DNA from: a virus
Taxonomy: Duplodnaviria > Caudoviricetes
Direction: 5' to 3' (one strand)
Length of the DNA stretch: 51,047 nt
Virus record (IMG/VR): IMGVR_UViG_3300014867_000001
Location: 1-51,047 of that record
Of this stretch, positions 45,169 to 51,047 are shown one piece after another; position 1 is the stretch's first letter, and each line of letters starts with the position of its first letter. The notes beneath the pieces are model-generated. The model was not told where the DNA came from, made no database searches, and saw only the letters and a program-made list of their open reading frames with translations. The position numbers and the translations under genes are program-made.

Positions 45169-46071
45169 CTAGCCGCCTGAGCTGCCGTACACGCCGCGCC
45201 ACTCGGTGAAGCCCTTGCCATAGCGTGCGTAGATCTTGAAGAGCGCATCGCCCGTCAAGAAGTCGTCGGCCTCACCCGTCTCCGGCTTCACGCGCCAGAA
45301 GAAGTTGAGGTCGTGCTTGTTGGAGAGAACGAACCACGAGTCCGCGTCGGTGAGATACCGCACGAGCATGTAGTCCATCGTACCGTCGCTGCGAAGAACG
45401 TTGATCTCGTTGTTCGCGGTGTACGGCTTGTACTCGCTCATCAGGATTTCCTTCGCTGCCCACTCGAAGGAAGGATCGATGATGAGAAGTGACGGGGTCA
45501 TCACGATCGGACGACCGCGATCGTCGAACATCGTCTTGAAATGATCGAGCGCGGCCTGATACGCCGATGCACTGAAGTCCACGTCAGTGGTCGGACGATT
45601 CCCAGCCGTTGCTCCGCCGTCAAGACGGGTGTGCGCGGTGTGACAGAGAGCGAGCGCATCCGACCCCACGAAGCTTGAACTGAACGCGTTGTTCAGAATG
45701 CTCCAGGCATCCACCTCGATCTTGTAAGACGCGGCGCGTCCGAGCTCTGCCGCCATCTTGTCCATGATCTGGTAGAGGTCGTCATCCCACATCTCACGCG
45801 TGATCCGGAAGCCGAGGCCGTACGATGCCGGCGTATACCGAACGCCTGCGCCCATGATGGGCACGTCGAACGAAATCGGATCGCCTTCCGGCTTGCTGAC
45901 CATCGAACCGAGGCCGGCGACTTTCGTGTCGTCCTCGTACGCACGCTTCGTCTCGTGCCTGTGAAACACACCCTGCCACTGATTCGGCTGCTCGTCGATT
46001 TCGTTGAACAGCACGCGCCAGAGGCCAGGAGCGAGGAGTGCGGAGAATCCGCCTGTCGATACTCTTGACAT
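45169..46071 (-). CDS. Major capsid protein (HK97 fold, Mu gpT-like family)
   Basis: KPEG..I.FD, YGLGFRITREMWDDDLY, LCHTAH, YLTDADSWF, WRGVYGS; strong codon bias. Confidence 0.88.
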   Translation of the reverse strand: MSRVSTGGFSALLAPGLWRVLFNEIDEQPNQWQGVFHRHETKRAYEDDTKVAGLGSMVSKPEGDPISFDVPIMGAGVRYTPASYGLGFRITREMWDDDLYQIMDKMAAELGRAASYKIEVDAWSILNNAFSSSFVGSDALALCHTAHTRLDGGATAGNRPTTDVDFSASAYQAALDHFKTMFDDRGRPIVMTPSLLIIDPSFEWAAKEILMSEYKPYTANNEINVLRSDGTMDYMLVRYLTDADSWFVLSNKHDLNFFWRVKPETGEADDFLTGDALFKIYARYGKGFTEWRGVYGSSGG

Positions 46072-46583
46072 TAGGTCACCGCCGTCCAGTTGCAGTAAGG
46101 CGCCGCGATCGTGAAGAGTACCGGAGGCATGACGTCAGCCACGGCAGGAGCGATGCCGTCGACGACTTGATCCCAGAAGTCCCAGATCGTAACGCGCTTG
46201 TTGCTTGTTTCCGTTTTGTCGACGTACCACTTACCGGTCGCCGCATTCTTCGCGACTCCATACGAGAGCCCGCGGTCAGTTGCGGCGTTCGTGCCTGCAC
46301 CTTCCGAAGCGCTCGTATCGAGATACCCTTTGAACAGGGTTGAGGGATGCGCCAGAATGAAATTCTGACGGTACAAGCCCGCGGTTCCGTTCCGGCCATC
46401 GCGAGTCGCAAGACCCGTGATCAGCGCTGGATCGGCACCACACTCCGCGACGTATCCCGAGGCAAACACGCAAAGCGCTCCAGCCTTGAAGGTCTGGGAC
46501 GCTCCCTCGGGTAATTCCATCGACGGGGTGGTAGTGCCGGTCATGGAACGAACCGCAGACATTGCGATCCTACCGTGAGTCAC
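46071..46583 (-). CDS. Capsid cement/minor head protein
   Basis: ASQTFKAGALC motif; directly before the MCP. Confidence 0.65.
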   Translation of the reverse strand: MTHGRIAMSAVRSMTGTTTPSMELPEGASQTFKAGALCVFASGYVAECGADPALITGLATRDGRNGTAGLYRQNFILAHPSTLFKGYLDTSASEGAGTNAATDRGLSYGVAKNAATGKWYVDKTETSNKRVTIWDFWDQVVDGIAPAVADVMPPVLFTIAAPYCNWTAVT

Positions 46584-47044
46584 TATCTACCTCGTTGTTC
46601 GTTGATGTTGCCGTCGTCCGAATCGAGGAACACGTGGCTGGTCCTGATCGATGAGGGCTTGTACCCTCGATCTTTCAAGGCCTTCTTCGTGTTCTCGTTG
46701 GCCTGTTGCACCATCGTATCGAGAGAAGTTCCCTGCCTTTCGGCCATTGCACGCCTGGGTTTTTCGACCCTTTCTTCGTACGTGTCCTTCTGGATGCGCA
46801 TCAAGATGACATCTCCCCGGGTAACGGTTGTTCCCCCTCCCGGATTTGCGGTTTCCTGACCGATCGCTTTCGCGACTTCGATCGGAATCTCTGCTGGCTG
46901 CGTGCGATCGACTTCCCAACCGACGTGGAGCTTCTCCATCATCACGCGATCGCGGCTGTTCGCCCAGCGGTAGACGTAGTTCGGGTCCTTGTTGGCGACG
47001 TGGAACCGATCGTACGGTTGATACGGCTTACGTTCATCGGTCAT
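46583..47044 (-). CDS. Conserved head-module protein
   Basis: PNYVYRW...GWE...GDVILMRI. Confidence 0.7.
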   Translation of the reverse strand: MTDERKPYQPYDRFHVANKDPNYVYRWANSRDRVMMEKLHVGWEVDRTQPAEIPIEVAKAIGQETANPGGGTTVTRGDVILMRIQKDTYEERVEKPRRAMAERQGTSLDTMVQQANENTKKALKDRGYKPSSIRTSHVFLDSDDGNINEQRGR

Positions 47045-47834
47045 AAACTGATTTCCTCGCTTGGGCGGCCGTTGACTGGGACTGAGTAACCGAAAGCTTG
47101 TTGATCTCATCCTGAGTCGTGCCGCGATCTTCCAACATGATGAGATAGTCGTCGTGCTTCATGCTCCACCGTTCGGCGAGGGCAAGAGTCTTGTGCGAGC
47201 CCTTGAGAACGGGAACACGCGCTCCAGGAGCCGTCGGAGCAGCACGAGGAGTCGGAGGTGCGACTGGCGCAGGAGCAGCTCTCGGTGCGATTGGAGGAGG
47301 TGCTGCTGGAGGAGCCGCAGGCGGTGCAACTGGAGGCGCGGCAGGATCAGGAGGAACATCCGGAGCTGGCGCTGGTGGCGCCGTCGCGAAGATATGCTTC
47401 TGAATCTCCGGGTCCTGCGCTTTCAGGTTCATATACACAAATCGATGAAACCCCGCCTGAGCACGTTGCGCGGCAGGCATGTTCTTCTTCACCGCGGCGA
47501 TCTTCTGCCTCCAGGTCGGCTCATCCGGCTTGAGGACAGTATCGTAATCCGTCACAGTCGCTGCAAACGCAGTCTCGTCATCCGCTTCGAACCTCGAGAG
47601 CGTGAACTGCTCCATCGGGGTCAAGCGAGCATTCGCCGCAGCAGCCAAAGTATCAGCCGGACTCGCAGGCGGAGCATTCGGTGCCGCAGCCGGAGCAGTA
47701 GGTTTCGGCGCTTCTGTCCCAGCCGCAACAGACGTCGCTGCAAATTCCACGACCTCCGCAAGTTTCAAGCCCGCGAACGGACCTTCTGTTATGATGCCGT
47801 TCGCATCAGTAGCCGGTAGTGTTGCTCCTGCCAT
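47034..47834 (-). CDS. Scaffolding protein (Pro/Ala-rich)
   Basis: GGGAG RBS; position between portal and capsid. Confidence 0.65.
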   Translation of the reverse strand: MAGATLPATDANGIITEGPFAGLKLAEVVEFAATSVAAGTEAPKPTAPAAAPNAPPASPADTLAAAANARLTPMEQFTLSRFEADDETAFAATVTDYDTVLKPDEPTWRQKIAAVKKNMPAAQRAQAGFHRFVYMNLKAQDPEIQKHIFATAPPAPAPDVPPDPAAPPVAPPAAPPAAPPPIAPRAAPAPVAPPTPRAAPTAPGARVPVLKGSHKTLALAERWSMKHDDYLIMLEDRGTTQDEINKLSVTQSQSTAAQARKSVYDR

Positions 47835-48066
47835 GGGAATCTCCCTCTTTCGTTGATGACTGTGAAGAAGCCGTTTCAGCTTCTGTGTACTCTCTCAACC
47901 AACCGTAGATGTATTTCGCTCGTCCTTGCGCACGGAGAAGTTCTTCATACACCGTCTCAGTACGCAGGATTTGGTGACATCGCTCCAGTTCCTCCTGGAG
48001 GACCTTGCGGAGCTCCGATCGGGCCTGGGACGGGTGGAGCCTGTTCAGTCGCTGGCTGTCCGCCAT
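47806..48066 (-). CDS. Small post-portal protein (Bbp19-like position)
   Basis: Helical with RAQG motif; overlaps the portal 3' end. Confidence 0.55.
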   Translation of the reverse strand: MADSQRLNRLHPSQARSELRKVLQEELERCHQILRTETVYEELLRAQGRAKYIYGWLREYTEAETASSQSSTKEGDSHGRSNTTGY

Positions 48067-49852
48067 TTGGATTCTGTGCTTTCTGGAGAACCGTTAAGAG
48101 GTTGGGGACGATAGTGTCCACGTTCTCCACGGAGAAGCGCTCGACAAAGCGTTTCACGATGTCATGAGCGGATTGCATGACTGCGATTGCTGCCGCCTTC
48201 TGTTCAGGCGGGAATTGTGGGTTGAAGATCATTGCGGACGCGTTGAGGACACGAGCGTAGTACTCGTTAAGCACGGCCATGAGGACTTGGAGGTTCTGCA
48301 ACTCCACATCCTTGTTCAAGGCTTCCGACGCCATGTTGAGGGTCAGACCGAGAGACGTACGTACATCCCCTTGCGGGAACTTGATCACCCGGTCATCCGC
48401 GATCTTCACGCCTTCCGGCTGCATCTGCTGGACAAGTTGGATCGTGAGGTACAGAACGTCGACAAGGGCATCCCGCATGTCGTCGATTGACACCCAGAAT
48501 CGTTGGTTCCCCTCGTTAATGAGGGCTGTTGTACCGGTGGCTGTCGCCTGTGACCCCACGATCGCTGATTCCATTCCGAGGTTGTACGCGGAGACACCAG
48601 TGCTCGTCTCCGTCATGCGGATGACCTGCGGAAGCATGTTCTGAAGTGTGATACTCGCTTCCGCAAGATGCAGAATCCTCACCTTATCCGGATTCGGATC
48701 GACAATCACCTTACCAGGATACACCCTCTCCTGGTTAGCGATGTTCGACTCAGGACTAACAATCGTAATACCACCGTTCGCAGCAGTCGCCGCGTCGATG
48801 ATTTGATTGTGAATCGTGCTCGCCTCGATCTGACCCGACAACGATTGCTCTGCCGCACCCATCCCATGCACTTCATGCGCCTGCACGAGGTACGGAATAC
48901 GACGAAGGAATCGTGCCCTCCCGAAGAAGGGGTTGTAGATCCGTTTGACGAACTTCCTCGCCTCCATGCAGTAGGTGAGGATCACTTCACAATACTTCTT
49001 CCCGTAGGCCGGATCCTCTCCTTCCGCTCCTGAATCCGTGACGTAGGGAATCTCGAAATACCCCCAAATCTCGAAGAGCGTGATTGGCCAGTCTACGTTC
49101 GATTCGGCGGCAGTAACATCCGAAGTCGACTTAACCGTCTTGTATCGAGCGTCTTCGCGTGCCTTAGCAAACGCACGAAGTTCTTCAACCTTCTCGTACT
49201 CCATCTCCTCCGCGATTTGGAGAAGTTGACCGTATGTATACCGAAGACGTTGTGCAACCCATGGACGTTCGTCCCACTCATCAAAGCCTGAGGGTCCGAC
49301 AACATCTGCAGGAGCAGGCGAGAGCCAGACTGGACCTTCATAGTCAACAATCTCCTTCTCCTGGACGACGCCTGCCTCATCGTAGAAATGATGCGCACGA
49401 GTCTTCCTCGTCCACATCGGCTTGACGACGGCTTCGCCATTCAGCGCGAGGTCGAAGAAGATCGAACGCAGCCGATCTCTCGACCCGGAAGTCCTGAAGA
49501 AGTGTTCGCACCAATCCCGAACGTCCTTCTCCTTCATCTCGAACGCCGGCGACTTGATCTCGACTTCAAACTGCGTCTTCGCCGCGAAAACAGACTTCAT
49601 CAATCGCGCGACAATCGCGTCGACTACAATCTGCACTAGAGGCACTACCACATTACTCGCACCAGGCCAAGGATACGACTTCTCCTTAGTCTCTGGCTCC
49701 TTCTTATACCTTGCGAGCAACTCCGCGAGCTTTTCCTCTCGCGCCTTGTGCGCCTCTAGCGCGTGCGTAAGTGCGACATGGATCTGCTGAGCTAACGCAG
49801 TTTCCTGCGTCTCATTCAGCTCAATCCTTGTTGTTTGAAGCCGTCCGGGCAT
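47957..49852 (-). CDS. Portal protein (P22-like)
   Basis: 631 aa after TerL; PWPGASN, HGMG, ETSTGVS, TATG motifs. Confidence 0.88.
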   Translation of the reverse strand: MPGRLQTTRIELNETQETALAQQIHVALTHALEAHKAREEKLAELLARYKKEPETKEKSYPWPGASNVVVPLVQIVVDAIVARLMKSVFAAKTQFEVEIKSPAFEMKEKDVRDWCEHFFRTSGSRDRLRSIFFDLALNGEAVVKPMWTRKTRAHHFYDEAGVVQEKEIVDYEGPVWLSPAPADVVGPSGFDEWDERPWVAQRLRYTYGQLLQIAEEMEYEKVEELRAFAKAREDARYKTVKSTSDVTAAESNVDWPITLFEIWGYFEIPYVTDSGAEGEDPAYGKKYCEVILTYCMEARKFVKRIYNPFFGRARFLRRIPYLVQAHEVHGMGAAEQSLSGQIEASTIHNQIIDAATAANGGITIVSPESNIANQERVYPGKVIVDPNPDKVRILHLAEASITLQNMLPQVIRMTETSTGVSAYNLGMESAIVGSQATATGTTALINEGNQRFWVSIDDMRDALVDVLYLTIQLVQQMQPEGVKIADDRVIKFPQGDVRTSLGLTLNMASEALNKDVELQNLQVLMAVLNEYYARVLNASAMIFNPQFPPEQKAAAIAVMQSAHDIVKRFVERFSVENVDTIVPNLLTVLQKAQNPNGGQPATEQAPPVPGPIGAPQGPPGGTGAMSPNPAY

Positions 49853-50084
49853 GTTCGAATCTACTATTCCGTTTCGGATCTTTTCGGTTCCAGGGAGCGT
49901 TCTTCTCCCATGGACGTTCCTTGCCGACGCCCTTGTTCACGATCCCGTCGACACTCAACGGGCGCTTACCGGTCTCCGGCTTGGCAACACGTTCCGCCTT
50001 ACGCGGAGCTACTTTCTTCGCTTTTTTCTTCGGTTCTTTCTGGTCGGCATTTTCTTCCTCTTCCTCGTCCTGTTTCTTCTTCAC
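49821..50084 (-). CDS. Small charged hypothetical protein
   Basis: Lies between TerL and portal; K/E-rich. Confidence 0.45.
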   Translation of the reverse strand: MKKKQDEEEEENADQKEPKKKAKKVAPRKAERVAKPETGKRPLSVDGIVNKGVGKERPWEKNAPWNRKDPKRNSRFEHARTASNNKD

Positions 50085-50085
50085 A

Positions 50086-51047
50086 TCAGTACCCCGTGAC
50101 CTTTGACCGAGTTGCGAGATGATCGCGTTCTACCGCCTGGAGATGGCGACGCTGCCGATTGGCGTTAGGATCCTGTTTAGCTGCTCCAGCCTTAGCGATA
50201 AGGGCAAGACAAGCTGCTGCACCGTCGACCAAGTCCTTGGTTGGGAAAACAGGAAATCCTCTAATCTCCTCAACAAAGTCGATGAGCCCTCTCCGAATGA
50301 AAAGGCTGTGAGTTTCGGTGTAAGGAATGAGAGTCCGAATTCTCGCATCCTTCTCTCCGATGGGCGGCTGCCCTTCTACGGGGAAGTGGTAGTTCATCTC
50401 CTTCTGACGCTGATAAAGCGGGAAGGTGAGAATGCGTTGGAAGCCTGCGTCCTCAACAGCGGCTTTGCCTACACGCCATTGCTGGTGCAGCCCGATGAAC
50501 TTGGAGAATAAGAATGCCGCGTTCTGATAAACGGCGTAGGCGTCCAGGATGAACAAGCGATCCCTGTTATCCCTCGCCATGACGATCATCGCATTGCGAG
50601 ACCGCTTCTTCTGCTCCTTCGCGGAGAGCGCCGGATCCCAGAACATCACGCGAACGAGAGAATCGAACTGCACGATTTCAAACTTCGCCTCGTCCGTGTT
50701 CTCGATGATGAGGTTACCTTCCTTATCCATCGAGAAGTAGCGAAGATCCGCCTCACGAAACTCGGCAAGAGCCGGATCGCGTGGGTTGTTCAAGTACAGC
50801 ATCGAATACATGAACGACCCCTGCTTCCGCCTCACGCGTTCGCACGACTCAGGAGGGAAGAGCTCCGGGAAGAAGTAGTACGTTTTCCCACTCTCCGGAG
50901 CGTACTTCTCCGGATCCATCTCGTAGACGGGCGGCTTGCTTACTTCCTCCGCCTGACGAAGATCGAGTTGAAGGTCCTCACGGGTCCAGTGAAGAGGACG
51001 AGTGTAGAATCCGTAGACGTCGGATTCGTTCTCGCGGATGTGCGAAT
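50086..51047 (-). CDS. terL: Terminase large subunit, C-terminal nuclease half
   Basis: LYLNNP, MFWDPA, AVEDAGFQ, KDARI, FPVFPTKDLVDG motifs of the RNase H-like terminase nuclease; lies upstream of the portal. Confidence 0.92.
   Translation of the reverse strand, partial: SHIRENESDVYGFYTRPLHWTREDLQLDLRQAEEVSKPPVYEMDPEKYAPESGKTYYFFPELFPPESCERVRRKQGSFMYSMLYLNNPRDPALAEFREADLRYFSMDKEGNLIIENTDEAKFEIVQFDSLVRVMFWDPALSAKEQKKRSRNAMIVMARDNRDRLFILDAYAVYQNAAFLFSKFIGLHQQWRVGKAAVEDAGFQRILTFPLYQRQKEMNYHFPVEGQPPIGEKDARIRTLIPYTETHSLFIRRGLIDFVEEIRGFPVFPTKDLVDGAAACLALIAKAGAAKQDPNANRQRRHLQAVERDHLATRSKVTGY
50925..51047. repeat. Terminal direct repeat, copy 2 (circular assembly overlap)
   Basis: Identical to 1-123. 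Confidence 0.95.

Noticed and set aside
1-51047. Integrase/repressor, tRNA genes, reverse transcriptase (DGR/retron), purZ, or alternative genetic code
   Set aside because: No such motifs were recognised by eye, and conserved genes are intact under the standard code with all three stops used. A tRNAscan/HMM run would be needed to exclude them fully.

Overview
This window is an essentially complete, circularly permuted genome of a tailed dsDNA phage. It has about 50,924 unique bp: bases 1-123 repeat exactly at 50925-51047, and the large terminase gene reads through that junction. Two divergent arms start near 1430-1550 and converge near 20.9 kb. The + arm carries small early hypotheticals, sigma70-like promoters, recombination genes (PD-(D/E)XK nuclease, AAA_24 ATPase, DUF669-like SSB), a GroES-like protein, a full preQ0 (7-deazaguanine) pathway (folE, queD, queE, queC), a DUF5664-like dNTP diphosphohydrolase, a uracil-DNA-glycosylase/PolA fusion polymerase, a compact TGT/DpdA-like protein and a DUF3987-like helicase. 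The - arm has a P22-like podovirus order: TerS, TerL, portal, scaffold, capsid, decoration/fibre proteins, adaptor, tail hub, GNAT, three ejection-type proteins and an amidase. No integrase, tRNA or CRISPR array was seen. The most notable items are the DNA-modification module coupled to the polymerase operon, a 2037-aa ejection-type protein with an intact staphylococcal-nuclease domain, an S74 autocleavage domain on an ejection protein, a possible unrecognised second lysis cassette, and two virion proteins sharing an N-terminal module. All family calls come from motif recognition by eye, not database searches.
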